A stretch of 64,000 nucleotides of DNA, from positions 1-64,000 of IMG/VR virus record IMGVR_UViG_3300043418_000114; one strand, written 5' to 3'. The position numbers and the translations under genes were made by a program. The stretch's first letter is position 1. Every line of letters begins with the position of its first letter. Positions 1-9,419 of this stretch are shown here, one piece after another. The notes under the pieces are model-generated. The model did not search any database. It worked only from the letters and a program-made list of their open reading frames with translations, and was not told where the DNA came from.

Positions 1-11
1 AGACCATTCCA

Positions 12-503
12 ATGTGGGTCTTAAAATCACATGGAGAAACCTTTTATGTTAATCATGTGGAATGCAATGTTCCATGGAGTACGAAAGAGACACCAGATAA
101 CCCAAGTACAAAAGGTAGCATCAAAGTCAAAGATGTTCTATTGACCATTGATCCAGACAACAACGCAGTATTAACCAAGCTAACTATCTTTGATAAAGTA
201 CGATTACGCAATCAAAAGATGGGCATTACTCGTATCATGTTTTTGCCACACTCTGACATTCACAAAGACTTGTTAGAGAACAAGCTAAAGCATGGACCAA
301 TGAAACGAATCACTGCACCTTGCACTACAGCATACATTGTGTGTGACTTGCTTGATAAGGCAGAGGCTACATTCGCTACATTGAAATACGATAAGTTTAG
401 AGTTTTACAACCAAATGATAGTTACTACCAACGATACGATGAAGCTGGCGACCGCATCAGTGCCGACTACTCGGATAAAGACACTCCGTATGAGTACAGT
501 TAA
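12..503 (+). CDS. hypothetical phage protein
   Basis: 163-aa ORF in the dominant orientation; no recognised domain. Confidence 0.7.
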   Translation: MWVLKSHGETFYVNHVECNVPWSTKETPDNPSTKGSIKVKDVLLTIDPDNNAVLTKLTIFDKVRLRNQKMGITRIMFLPHSDIHKDLLENKLKHGPMKRITAPCTTAYIVCDLLDKAEATFATLKYDKFRVLQPNDSYYQRYDEAGDRISADYSDKDTPYEYS

Positions 504-705
504 ACTATTCGTGCCGACTATCGACTTCCAAGATGTGTGTAAGCATGTCAGTGAGAGTGGGGTAAAGTATTACCCCATTCGTAGACACGGTGAAATGGTT
601 GGTAGTAGCTATCGTGCTGGGTATCTATTTGAAATGGACAAAAATCATCCAATTGTATCATATTTGATACTCAAATTTGACCTAAAAACTATTAATTCTC
701 ACTAG
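490..705 (+). CDS. small hypothetical protein, possible distant member of the LRW family
   Basis: ATG at 490 overlaps upstream stop; ends ...HPIVSYLILKFDLKTINSH. Confidence 0.55.
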   Translation: MSTVKLFVPTIDFQDVCKHVSESGVKYYPIRRHGEMVGSSYRAGYLFEMDKNHPIVSYLILKFDLKTINSH

Positions 706-736
706 ATAGTATAGAATAAAAGATAAAGGAGACATT

Positions 737-1156
737 ATGTTATTAGATAACACACCGGATGATTTCAAATGGTATACAAGGGATAGGGCAGGCTATGAAG
801 CCGAAATGGATAGGAAAGAACAAGAGTATAAGCGCCAGCACGAAGAACATATGGGTCCTGATTATCAAACACCATATAAGCCAACTCAGAAAGAATTGGA
901 AACACAAATGGATTACCGCTTGAGTAGAATTAAACGAATGCGGGAACTTAAAGCACCTGATCCAATCATAGATAATGAGCAAGAACTTATTAACGAACTT
1001 GCGGAGAAATTAGTTAAGGTAGAATTTCTAGTAACTGATGCAGAAAAAGCATATCGTGAAGCATATCAACGTAAAGAAGAAACCTTTGAGTTTGTATTTG
1101 AGGTTCGTAAACCTGATCCAGCCCTTCTCAAAGACGATTACACCGAACAACTTTAA
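737..1156 (+). CDS. hypothetical protein, charged/coiled-coil
   Basis: AAGGAG RBS upstream of ATG; 139 aa. Confidence 0.75.
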   Translation: MLLDNTPDDFKWYTRDRAGYEAEMDRKEQEYKRQHEEHMGPDYQTPYKPTQKELETQMDYRLSRIKRMRELKAPDPIIDNEQELINELAEKLVKVEFLVTDAEKAYREAYQRKEETFEFVFEVRKPDPALLKDDYTEQL

Positions 1157-1179
1157 ATTAAAGTTAGTCTATGATAGAA

Positions 1180-1185
1180 TAAATA
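1180..1185 (+). promoter_or_regulatory. T4-like late promoter core TAAATA
   Basis: GAATAAATAC in intergenic region before 1261. Confidence 0.55.
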
Positions 1186-1260
1186 CACTTGCTACACAGG
1201 GTAGCAAATCTAACAGACTTTAACTTTATGCACTTAGTCTGTGTGCAGTAAAAGGAAAAT

Positions 1261-2202
1261 ATGATGTACGCAAACAAGCTCGTGGCGAGCCTAAAAGCCA
1301 ATGGTAAAATTCTCCGCGAATTTAAAGACACAGTTTATATTCCATTCGGTAGCGAATATAGCTTCTTACTTAAAAATCTTCATACCCAACGTGCGGTAGT
1401 CAATGTCTTCATTGATGGTGATAACGTTATCGAGGGTGGTCTAGTTCTTAACGCAGGTCAAGAAGTTGACTTAGAACGTTATGTCAAAAATGGCAATCTT
1501 ACTGCCGGCAACAAATTCAAATTCATTGAACGCACTAGTGCCATTGAAGATGGTCCTCGTGGTATTAAACTAGAAGATGGATTGATTCGCATCGAATTTC
1601 AATATGAACAGCCTCGCCCAGTTCTAGAAATTGGCAAAAAGTGGATTCCTGGTCACTATGAGTATGACTGGTATGCAACTAACAGTCTAAATCGTGGTCT
1701 ATGGAACAGCCCAGTGTATGGTGGCACAACTGGCATCAGTGGATCAACTGGTGATAGATTTAGCGTAACAGCTAGTGGCGCTACTTGTCAAGTAAACGTC
1801 AATGGCGCATTGCGTGGCGTAGATTACAGTCAAGGGGAAAGCGTCAAAGCAACTGCCGCTAGTGCAACTACTGCAACACTAGCATCGATGGGCATTAAAG
1901 ACATGCAAGCACATGATGGCATGGCTACTATGGACTGGATGGAAGCTCCAAAGAACGATGTTGGCATCACCGTGCCAGGTAGCAAGAGTGAACAAAAGTT
2001 CACATCGGTTATAATGGGCGCAATGGAAGCTGAGAAGCACACTATCGTATTGAAGTTACTAGGCGAGACTCCTGACAACAAGCCAGTACTACAACCAGTG
2101 ACTACTAAGCACAAGCCAAAATGTGTCACGTGTGGCAAGCAAAACAAAGCTACTGCAAAGTTCTGCACTGAGTGTGGCACTGCATTAGAAATCTTTGCTT
2201 AA
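1261..2202 (+). CDS. hypothetical protein with C-terminal zinc ribbon
   Basis: 313 aa; C-terminal CVTC...CTEC; AAAGGA RBS. Confidence 0.8.
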   Translation: MMYANKLVASLKANGKILREFKDTVYIPFGSEYSFLLKNLHTQRAVVNVFIDGDNVIEGGLVLNAGQEVDLERYVKNGNLTAGNKFKFIERTSAIEDGPRGIKLEDGLIRIEFQYEQPRPVLEIGKKWIPGHYEYDWYATNSLNRGLWNSPVYGGTTGISGSTGDRFSVTASGATCQVNVNGALRGVDYSQGESVKATAASATTATLASMGIKDMQAHDGMATMDWMEAPKNDVGITVPGSKSEQKFTSVIMGAMEAEKHTIVLKLLGETPDNKPVLQPVTTKHKPKCVTCGKQNKATAKFCTECGTALEIFA

Positions 2203-2204
2203 AC

Positions 2205-2210
2205 TAAATA
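2205..2210 (+). promoter_or_regulatory. late promoter core TAAATA
   Basis: TAAATA 4 nt before ATG 2215. Confidence 0.45.
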
Positions 2211-2214
2211 CCTG

Positions 2215-2799
2215 ATGGATTTAATCGTAGCATTTCCATCAGGTGCGTCTGGTAGGTTTATCACTAGTATTATTACATGGCTATTGTATGATATCCAAAC
2301 TAGTGTAACCTACCATACTCATAATTCAGTTCACAACTTAGGACACGAATCTGCAAACAGTTGGATCGCAGACAAAACAGTATCAGACTTACATGATAGT
2401 AAAGTATATGAGACTTTAGAATTCGTCGGTAGTTTGCCACATCGTATCTTTTGGACACATGCATTTCCAGATATCAATGTCATACACAGTCGATTGCCAA
2501 ATGCAAAGATAGTAATCATTACTTTCACGGAATCCGACATTGAAGAAATCTCAGTCAACAGTAAGTATAAGAATGACTTACCATTTCCACCTGAAATAGA
2601 TCACAAATTCAATCGTAACAACGTGCATACTGCACACAACACATTGATAATTCCCTATCGGGAAATCTTGAATATAAGAACTTTATCAGTACTTGCCAAC
2701 TTCATTGGCAAACAATCCAATCATATCGTAGCCCACAACTATCAAACATACATTGATGGTCAATCACAATTCTTATTTGCACTTAAATCCAAAATATGA
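2215..2799 (+). CDS. hypothetical protein, possibly sulfotransferase-like P-loop fold
   Basis: N-terminal IVAFPSGASGRF resembles VIYPGACGGNH of 18892; fold is inference. Confidence 0.55.
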   Translation: MDLIVAFPSGASGRFITSIITWLLYDIQTSVTYHTHNSVHNLGHESANSWIADKTVSDLHDSKVYETLEFVGSLPHRIFWTHAFPDINVIHSRLPNAKIVIITFTESDIEEISVNSKYKNDLPFPPEIDHKFNRNNVHTAHNTLIIPYREILNIRTLSVLANFIGKQSNHIVAHNYQTYIDGQSQFLFALKSKI

Positions 2800-2805
2800 T
2801 ATACT
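2777..2805 (+). promoter_or_regulatory. sigma70-type promoter
   Basis: TTGCAC-N17-TATACT. Confidence 0.65.
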
Positions 2806-2811
2806 TTGCTC

Positions 2812-3066
2812 ATGCAAATATCTTCATCACTTGACTGGAATTCAATCGGCGAAAAACTGCGTGTGCAGATGAACAAGATCGGTTATAACGCCGACCTGCA
2901 AAAGCTATTCTGGAATATCGATGCAATGGTTGTCGAGTTGAGCAAACTCGAAGTCGAAGCCAGACGTATTCGTAAAATGGAATATACTGCAAGCAAAGTT
3001 GAAGATATTAACCAAGCAATAAAACGACTCGAACAACTTATCATGGTTGGGATGTTAATGAAATGA
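2812..3066 (+). CDS. hypothetical helical protein
   Basis: ATG 6 nt after the -10 box; ATGA overlap with next gene. Confidence 0.7.
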   Translation: MQISSSLDWNSIGEKLRVQMNKIGYNADLQKLFWNIDAMVVELSKLEVEARRIRKMEYTASKVEDINQAIKRLEQLIMVGMLMK

Positions 3067-3584
3067 AAACAGTTCTCGAACACTTGAAAGACAGACACCT
3101 CAATCTTGAGTTGCATCGTCCTACGGTCGATGAGGTCGAGCGTGTCGCTACATTCTTCCTGTACAACTTAAGTGGTCAAGTTGTTGGTTATCAACAGTAT
3201 CGTCCTGAAGGCGAGAAAAAGCCTAACAACAATCCAAAAGAAGGCAAGTACTTTACTTACAGAAAACAACCTACTCTTGCAGTTTGGGGTGTTGAAAGTT
3301 TGCACCTGACTCCCCATGTTGTATTTGTATGTGAAGGTGTATTCGACGCCGCACGATTGACAAGTAAAGGAGTTAGTGCATTGGCTGTATTGAGCAACAA
3401 CACTGGTTGGGATTTGCGTAACTGGTTGTTTATGCTGAATCGTAAGGTTGTTGCAGTATGCGATAATGATGATGCAGGACGTAAACTTGCAAAGTTCGGT
3501 GATGTTGCAGTCTTTTGTGAAGATCACGACTTAGGTGATAGCACTGATGAATTCGTAAACAATTTGGTAGCGAGATTTGTATGA
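3063..3584 (+). CDS. standalone TOPRIM-domain protein (primase-like)
   Basis: VFVCEGVFDA and VAVCDNDDAG TOPRIM motifs; no zinc-binding domain. Confidence 0.8.
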   Translation: MKTVLEHLKDRHLNLELHRPTVDEVERVATFFLYNLSGQVVGYQQYRPEGEKKPNNNPKEGKYFTYRKQPTLAVWGVESLHLTPHVVFVCEGVFDAARLTSKGVSALAVLSNNTGWDLRNWLFMLNRKVVAVCDNDDAGRKLAKFGDVAVFCEDHDLGDSTDEFVNNLVARFV

Positions 3585-3976
3585 AACTGACTAAACATAG
3601 TAAGAACAAACTGCTCAGGTCTTTTGAACAATATAGTGTGCCTCAAGAATACGCAGATCCATTAATAAACTACCTAGTATATGGGTTCAATCCTGGTAGC
3701 TTCTGGACAGCGGTACTTGCTAATGACTTTTTGGATGCAATGGCTAAATCACATCCAGCAAACAATATTAATGCTCTCAAGAATGTAGGTTGCTGGATCA
3801 TTAACGAAATGCCATGCAAAGCATACGGTTCACGTGAAAAGGTTAAAGAGTGGACAGAACTCAGTGAAGATGTTCGTCGATCATATTTGGTAGAAAAGAA
3901 TCTGATTCATACTGAACAAGATGAAATCGTTTTGATTCTCAAAGATGTGCCAACACATGAACCTCACTTGTGGTAA
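3581..3976 (+). CDS. hypothetical phage protein
   Basis: 131 aa, ATGA coupled. Confidence 0.7.
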   Translation: MKLTKHSKNKLLRSFEQYSVPQEYADPLINYLVYGFNPGSFWTAVLANDFLDAMAKSHPANNINALKNVGCWIINEMPCKAYGSREKVKEWTELSEDVRRSYLVEKNLIHTEQDEIVLILKDVPTHEPHLW

Positions 3977-3980
3977 TTAT

Positions 3981-4220
3981 ATGATGTTAATGTGTGATTT
4001 GACCTATCAAGGATTGTATGGCAATCTAACATATGATCAGGACGCATACATCGTCAGGGTTTATAGAGTAAGTGACATTGTAGATTATGGTCATCTGGTT
4101 GGAAAGGTAAAGTTTCCTTCGCCAATATACTATATGTCTTTTGGTAACGGTGTACAAGCTGAGGATCGGTTGCTCGAATTGTTAGAAAAACCTGCATGGA
4201 CTTTGTTGAAATACGGTTGA
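3981..4220 (+). CDS. hypothetical protein
   Basis: fills gap up to next promoter. Confidence 0.5.
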   Translation: MMLMCDLTYQGLYGNLTYDQDAYIVRVYRVSDIVDYGHLVGKVKFPSPIYYMSFGNGVQAEDRLLELLEKPAWTLLKYG

Positions 4221-4245
4221 CAGTAAATCAGTTTGGTCATATAAT
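4217..4245 (+). promoter_or_regulatory. consensus sigma70 early promoter
   Basis: TTGACA-N17-TATAAT. Confidence 0.9.
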
Positions 4246-4279
4246 ACATACATCAACAACACACACAGAGGTAAACAAA

Positions 4280-4585
4280 ATGGCACTCACCGCACTCACA
4301 GAACGTCAAAAGCAACTGATCGTCACTAACGTTGTTAAAGCAGTCAATAACATTGACAGCCTGAACAATACTGGTTATAAGTTTCTGTGTCTCGCAAGTG
4401 GTTTCATCGCTCATTATGATCGACAAGGCTTTATCGCTGAGTACAGTGAGCGCAGTCTTCGCCAAGACCTCGTGTCTTATGCAGGTTCTAATCAATTTCG
4501 CAACTTCCGTCCAGGCGAAGCGAATTATGATTACTACATGAGCAAAGCAGATGTGTACAATCAAATTCTTTCCCAAATTCTGTAA
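4280..4585 (+). CDS. early hypothetical protein
   Basis: GAGGT RBS, ATG 4280, directly downstream of promoter. Confidence 0.75.
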   Translation: MALTALTERQKQLIVTNVVKAVNNIDSLNNTGYKFLCLASGFIAHYDRQGFIAEYSERSLRQDLVSYAGSNQFRNFRPGEANYDYYMSKADVYNQILSQIL

Positions 4586-4591
4586 AATAAT

Positions 4592-4620
4592 TTGACGACG
4601 AATCAAAATTGAGTTACACT
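4592..4620 (+). promoter_or_regulatory. sigma70-type promoter
   Basis: TTGACG-N17-TACACT. Confidence 0.7.
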
Positions 4621-4678
4621 ACAGTTTCTTTCACTTAAACAAGTTTTTTCTTTCAGCCATCATTCATAGGAGATTCAA

Positions 4679-5788
4679 ATGGCATCAGCAGTTAGCGACA
4701 ATCACACCATCACCTCGATTCAAGCCGCACGTAGCTTGAAACAAGCGATGAAAGCAAAACGCCCCGTGTTCTTGTGGGGTCCTCCTGGTATCGGTAAGTC
4801 TGACGTTGTTCAGCAACTTGCAGTCGAACTCGGCGGCTCTAAAGACGCAATGATTGACTTGCGTATGGCGCAGATGGAACCGACGGACATTCGCGGCATT
4901 CCATTCTTCAACAAAGACAACGGCAAGATGGACTGGGCTGAGCCTGTTGATCTGCCTAGCGAAGAATTCGCCGCACAGTTCCCGACTGTTGTGTTGTTCC
5001 TCGACGAAATGAACTCTGCACCTCCTGCAGTGCAAGCCGCTGGTTATCAGTTGATCTTGAACCGTCGTGTTGGTAAGTACAAGTTGCCTGATAACGTTGT
5101 TATCGTTGCCGCTGGTAACCGTGACTCGGACAAAGGCGTGACTTATCGTATGCCTATGCCTCTGGCTAACCGTTTCGTTCACCTCGAAATGCGTCCTGAC
5201 TTTGCTTCTTGGCAGTTGTGGGCTGTGAACAACAACATTCACAAAGACGTTGTTGGTTACTTGTCTTTCGCTAAACAAGACATGTACGACTTTGATGCTA
5301 AGTCTTCTTCTCGTGCATTCGCTACTCCTCGTAGCTGGTGCTTCGTGTCTGACTTGCTGAATGACGACACCATGGACAACGATACTCAATTCAACCTGGT
5401 TGCAGGTGCGATTGGCGACGGTCTGGCAGTCAAGTTCATGGCTCACCGCAAAGTTGCAGGTAAGATGCCTGAGCCTGCAGATATCTTGTCTGGCAAAGTC
5501 AAAGACTTGCAAGTTAAAGAAATCTCCGCAATGTACTCGCTGACCATTTCTATGTGCTACGAGTTGAAAGATGCGATTGACAACAAGAAAGTTGACAACA
5601 AGAAATTCCATGAAATGGCATACAACTTCATTGAATACATGATGAACAACTTTGAAACTGAGTTGGTCGTTATGGGTGCAAAGATTGCATTGAAGACATA
5701 CAAGTTGCCTATTGAGCCTAGCCAACTCAAGAACTTTGACGACTTCCACAAGAAGTACGGTAAGTACATCGTTGAAGCAGGCAACTAA
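4679..5788 (+). CDS. MoxR-like AAA+ ATPase
   Basis: Walker A GPPGIGKS, Walker B LFLDEMN, sensor AAGNR, LANRF. Confidence 0.9.
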   Translation: MASAVSDNHTITSIQAARSLKQAMKAKRPVFLWGPPGIGKSDVVQQLAVELGGSKDAMIDLRMAQMEPTDIRGIPFFNKDNGKMDWAEPVDLPSEEFAAQFPTVVLFLDEMNSAPPAVQAAGYQLILNRRVGKYKLPDNVVIVAAGNRDSDKGVTYRMPMPLANRFVHLEMRPDFASWQLWAVNNNIHKDVVGYLSFAKQDMYDFDAKSSSRAFATPRSWCFVSDLLNDDTMDNDTQFNLVAGAIGDGLAVKFMAHRKVAGKMPEPADILSGKVKDLQVKEISAMYSLTISMCYELKDAIDNKKVDNKKFHEMAYNFIEYMMNNFETELVVMGAKIALKTYKLPIEPSQLKNFDDFHKKYGKYIVEAGN

Positions 5789-5840
5789 TCTCTTACTAGC
5801 GAGTAAGCTAGAAGGTTCGGGGTTATAACACCCTGTTAAT

Positions 5841-5876
5841 GGGGGCGGATAGTGTGAATATTCGCCCTCTTTTTTT
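5841..5876 (+). terminator. rho-independent terminator
   Basis: GGGGGCGGATA/TATTCGCCCTC stem with G-U pairs followed by T7. Confidence 0.8.
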
Positions 5877-5890
5877 AGAAAGAAATTAGT

Positions 5891-6043
5891 ATGAAGGCAA
5901 AAGTTTATTTTTATGCTCTTGGTCAAAGTGCCAGGGCACGTGGCTTGTCTTTGCGTGAAGCCGAAGCACTACATCGCATCGACGCGGGTGGCTGGGTTGC
6001 TCGTAATTATTTTGACAAAGGTTACAGGGGGTTGGGACTATGA
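5891..6043 (+). CDS. small hypothetical protein (50 aa, below ORF-track cutoff)
   Basis: manual translation MKAKVYFYALG...GYRGLGL; stop overlaps ATG 6040. Confidence 0.5.
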   Translation: MKAKVYFYALGQSARARGLSLREAEALHRIDAGGWVARNYFDKGYRGLGL

Positions 6044-6291
6044 GTGATAATGAACGTAAATTGCCAAACGGTATGAAGCTGGTATTCGCACCAGGTTGCT
6101 TCGATCAGTTTGAGGGCACACAGGAAGAATTGGATGCATTGATGCAAGAAATCCAAGAAGCATTTGAGAGTGGCGAAGCACTTATGAATGCCATCCCAGT
6201 CAGTACAATTGATGACTTGATTGATGAAACTGACCCAGACGAAATCGAAGACATTCGGCAACAATTATTTGCACCTCGTAACTTGCAATGA
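6040..6291 (+). CDS. acidic hypothetical protein
   Basis: 83 aa. Confidence 0.65.
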   Translation: MSDNERKLPNGMKLVFAPGCFDQFEGTQEELDALMQEIQEAFESGEALMNAIPVSTIDDLIDETDPDEIEDIRQQLFAPRNLQ

Positions 6292-6292
6292 G

Positions 6293-6321
6293 TTGACAGC
6301 AATTCAGACAGGTGCTATAAT
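6293..6321 (+). promoter_or_regulatory. consensus sigma70 early promoter
   Basis: TTGACA-N17-TATAAT. Confidence 0.9.
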
Positions 6322-6350
6322 TACCACATTAACACATCAAAGGATTAGAA

Positions 6351-7640
6351 ATGAGCGAAGTTATTAGCAAAAATAAGAAAAAATCTCGCAATGAGAAATT
6401 TGATAAACTGATCGGCCCTACCGATCCTAAAGTTGACCACGAAGCACGTGAGCGACTTGTTACTGCACGTATTGGTCTTTTGCTTCGTCATTCGTTCTTC
6501 GGTAACTTGGCAACTCGTCTGAAACTCGTCAACGCAGACGAGTGGTGCTCAACTGCCGCCACTGACGGCCAGACTTTCTACTACAATGCTCGTTTCATCA
6601 TGATGCTGAAACCCAAAGAAGTTGAATTCTTGGTCGGCCATGAAGTCTTGCACGTTGTATATGACCACATGGGTCGTCGTAATCACCGTGATCCACAAAT
6701 CTGGAACATCGCCGATGACTACGCAGTTAACGCGGACTTGAAGCGTCACAAAGTTGGCCAATTCATCACTACTGTGCCTTGCTTGTACGAACAAAAGTAT
6801 GACGGCAAGCCAGCAGAAGAAATCTATGATGACTTGATGAAGAACGTCCAGAAAATCAACATGGATGACTTGATCAGCCAACTGTTGGACGATCACATGG
6901 ATGGCGACGAAGAAGACGGCGACGGTGATGGTGATCAAGACGGCAATGGCAATAAAAAAGGCAAAGGTCGTCCTAAACTTTCTCAAGAAGAAAAAGATCG
7001 TATTCGCCAAGAAGTTAAGCAAGCAATTATCAATGCCGCACAAAGTGCAGAAGCTGGTAGTTTGCCGCTTGGTGTTGAGCGTCTTGTTCGTCAAGCAACC
7101 GACCCAGTTATGCCTTGGCGTGAATTGATTCAAACAAACTTGACTAGTGCGATTCGTACTGACTATTCTTGGATGCGTCCTTCTCGTCGTGGTTGGCACA
7201 TGGATGCTGTTATGCCTGGCATGACACCCGGTGAAGAAATCGACGTTGTTGTGACTCTTGACATGTCTGGTTCTATCTCTAACAAACAAGCACAAGCATT
7301 CTTGGGCGAGATTGCTGGTATGATGGAAGCATTTGATGGCTACAAGGTGCATGTGTTCTGTTTCGATACTGACACATACAACCCACAAGACTTCACTAGT
7401 GAAAACATGGACTCTATTGAGAACTATGTTCCACAAGGTGGTGGCGGTACTGACTTTGATTGTATCTTTGACTACTTGAAGAAAGCTGGCAATGTGCCTA
7501 AGCGTCTGATTGTATTCACTGACGGCTATCCATGTGGCTCTTGGGGTGACCCTGACTACTGTGATACGACTTGGATCATTCACGGAGATCCTAATCCAAA
7601 TCCTCCGTTTGGTCAGTTTGCTATCTATGACGAGAAATAA
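6351..7640 (+). CDS. DUF2201-like metallopeptidase plus vWA domain protein
   Basis: TAATDG, HEVLH (HExxH), acidic Gly linker, MIDAS-like DMSGS, GGGGTDF, FTDG. Confidence 0.85.
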   Translation: MSEVISKNKKKSRNEKFDKLIGPTDPKVDHEARERLVTARIGLLLRHSFFGNLATRLKLVNADEWCSTAATDGQTFYYNARFIMMLKPKEVEFLVGHEVLHVVYDHMGRRNHRDPQIWNIADDYAVNADLKRHKVGQFITTVPCLYEQKYDGKPAEEIYDDLMKNVQKINMDDLISQLLDDHMDGDEEDGDGDGDQDGNGNKKGKGRPKLSQEEKDRIRQEVKQAIINAAQSAEAGSLPLGVERLVRQATDPVMPWRELIQTNLTSAIRTDYSWMRPSRRGWHMDAVMPGMTPGEEIDVVVTLDMSGSISNKQAQAFLGEIAGMMEAFDGYKVHVFCFDTDTYNPQDFTSENMDSIENYVPQGGGGTDFDCIFDYLKKAGNVPKRLIVFTDGYPCGSWGDPDYCDTTWIIHGDPNPNPPFGQFAIYDEK

Positions 7641-7642
7641 TT

Positions 7643-7774
7643 ATGGAACAACTAGCACAACTTGGTGAGACTGTAGGCACACTAATTTTAGTGGGTGCAG
7701 TCTTAGGTATAATTTATGCCTTCTATCGCATATTGAAATATATGCTTGACGGTGTAACACGACATGATGATTAA
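7643..7774 (+). CDS. small membrane protein (43 aa)
   Basis: manual translation with hydrophobic stretch GTLILVGAVLGIIYAFY. Confidence 0.5.
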   Translation: MEQLAQLGETVGTLILVGAVLGIIYAFYRILKYMLDGVTRHDD

Positions 7775-8003
7775 GTCAAGTGAAGAAATAATTATTTACG
7801 AATCACCGGACGGCGGGAAGACGATCTACTCACGCAAGAGTGGATCGTCCCAACGTACCTTGCATAGTATCGATCCTATGTACAAAAAGGAACAAGAGTT
7901 AACTGAAAAATGGGCTAGACTAAAAGAGGCAGTATTTTTAGAAGACCCGGCGATTGACGACTTGATTAGCAAAATCGAAATGTTAATGGAATTGAAGAAA
8001 TGA
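7764..8003 (+). CDS. hypothetical phage protein
   Basis: IYESPDGGKTIYSR; coupled to next gene. Confidence 0.7.
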   Translation: MMIKSSEEIIIYESPDGGKTIYSRKSGSSQRTLHSIDPMYKKEQELTEKWARLKEAVFLEDPAIDDLISKIEMLMELKK

Positions 8004-8419
8004 AATACATTGGACTAAGTCTCGGTGGTTGCTTGCAAAGTATTATGGCAGGCGAGGTGCCTGAGGACGATGTTATGTTTATCGTCACTCGCACCAATGC
8101 ACCTACGTTTGATCAATACATCAAAGTAGTAGAAGCCTATCATGGTCACGGAAACCCAACCGCTCGATACTTTCAAAATTATGAACTAAGTGATCATCCA
8201 CTTGATAACGTAACTGACCTTGCTATACGACTATGGAATAGTGGAAAGATTCATCAGCCTAGAGCTATCATAGGTGATGGATATGGATCATACCGTCATC
8301 CAGTTGAATATGGAGATGGAATATGGATGCAAGTTGTTCCAATCAAACAGAACACGAATCCAGCTGTGATCGAGGCGTGGGAAAAATATAAAGTTTTGGA
8401 TGCATTGACCCGTGACTGA
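8000..8419 (+). CDS. hypothetical protein
   Basis: 139 aa, ATGA overlap. Confidence 0.7.
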   Translation: MKYIGLSLGGCLQSIMAGEVPEDDVMFIVTRTNAPTFDQYIKVVEAYHGHGNPTARYFQNYELSDHPLDNVTDLAIRLWNSGKIHQPRAIIGDGYGSYRHPVEYGDGIWMQVVPIKQNTNPAVIEAWEKYKVLDALTRD

Positions 8420-8678
8420 TGTTATAATTTTGCCATCTAATTGGTATGGAAACAGGGAGTTGACATATACTCCACGGCACTTCACTATATCTAACACCGT
8501 ACTTACGCCAGAATCCAAAGTTTGGATTCTGAATAAGTTATCTGGAAGATTCAGCGTTGTTAGATGGACAGAGGCATCGGACGATGACATTTTCAGTCTT
8601 ATCACTGAGTCAGCAAATGGACGTCCTGCTTTCGAAGATCCAAAGGAATTAGTGTTTTACGAGCTAACCTGGTCATAA
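8412..8678 (+). CDS. small protein, dispersed LRW-family member
   Basis: ends PAFEDPKELVFYELTWS. Confidence 0.65.
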   Translation: MTDVIILPSNWYGNRELTYTPRHFTISNTVLTPESKVWILNKLSGRFSVVRWTEASDDDIFSLITESANGRPAFEDPKELVFYELTWS

Positions 8679-8707
8679 AAAAATATTTCTCGTTAAACTA
8701 CTCACGT

Positions 8708-8713
8708 TAAATA
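8708..8713 (+). promoter_or_regulatory. late promoter core TAAATA
   Basis: intergenic TAAATA upstream of AAGGAG RBS of 8739. Confidence 0.5.
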
Positions 8714-8738
8714 TCTCTAGTTACTCAAGGAGAATAAT

Positions 8739-9419
8739 ATGAGTTTTTTACGTCACGTAGGCAAACATGGTGATCGCAAGGTTGCTGTAGTTTTTAGAGA
8801 AGTTCCAGGCGAGCCACACATGTGCTTAGTCGTATATACTGAATTATTGAATCAACACATTCATGATCCATTAGTTCGTTGTATCGAATCTGACATTGGC
8901 CAAAATAGCGAGAATCTGGCAGATGCCCTGAATCGTAGTTATACTGTAGATGGCAAGCCAATTCTACAAACATTGCACGTTGAGGGTCAATTGAAGAAGG
9001 TCAATACTTCACAAGTTGTAATGACACCACAACCTAACACTCGCATCAAACTAGATGAATTGAATAAGATTCTAGATGAAATGCAACAAGGCGAAGCCGC
9101 AGTTAAGAAGCTAGCTGAAATGGACAAATCATTGGGATTGCAAGATCCAGCTGATGTAGTTCGTAGAATGCGCGGCGACAAACAAGCACAAACTGGAATC
9201 CAAAGTACCGGTGATGCATTAGGTGATGCGGCAATTGCACAACAACGTGTAGCACAGGCAAACAAGATGGCCGCAGAAGCTCGTGGTCTACTAGCTGAAT
9301 CAGAGCGTTTGATTGCAGAAGCACGACAAATGGATCCATCACTAGCACCACCAGTACCAGCGATTGAAACTCCAAAGGCAAAAGCACCACGCAAGGCAAA
9401 AGCAAAAGCTAGTGCATAA
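8739..9419 (+). CDS. hypothetical phage protein
   Basis: 226 aa, AAGGAG RBS, helical C-terminus. Confidence 0.8.
   Translation: MSFLRHVGKHGDRKVAVVFREVPGEPHMCLVVYTELLNQHIHDPLVRCIESDIGQNSENLADALNRSYTVDGKPILQTLHVEGQLKKVNTSQVVMTPQPNTRIKLDELNKILDEMQQGEAAVKKLAEMDKSLGLQDPADVVRRMRGDKQAQTGIQSTGDALGDAAIAQQRVAQANKMAAEARGLLAESERLIAEARQMDPSLAPPVPAIETPKAKAPRKAKAKASA

Noticed and set aside
5789-5840. Overlapping small hairpins (CTTACT/AGTAAG and CTAGC/GCTAG) before the terminator, considered as tRNA or ncRNA
   Set aside because: No cloverleaf or T-loop signature; the stems are short and not repeated elsewhere.
4685-5926. 413-aa minus-strand ORF
   Set aside because: Shadow of the MoxR gene; codon bias on the sense strand removes antisense stops, and there is no promoter, RBS or motif.
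6549-7583. 344-aa minus-strand ORF
   Set aside because: Antisense shadow of the vWA gene.
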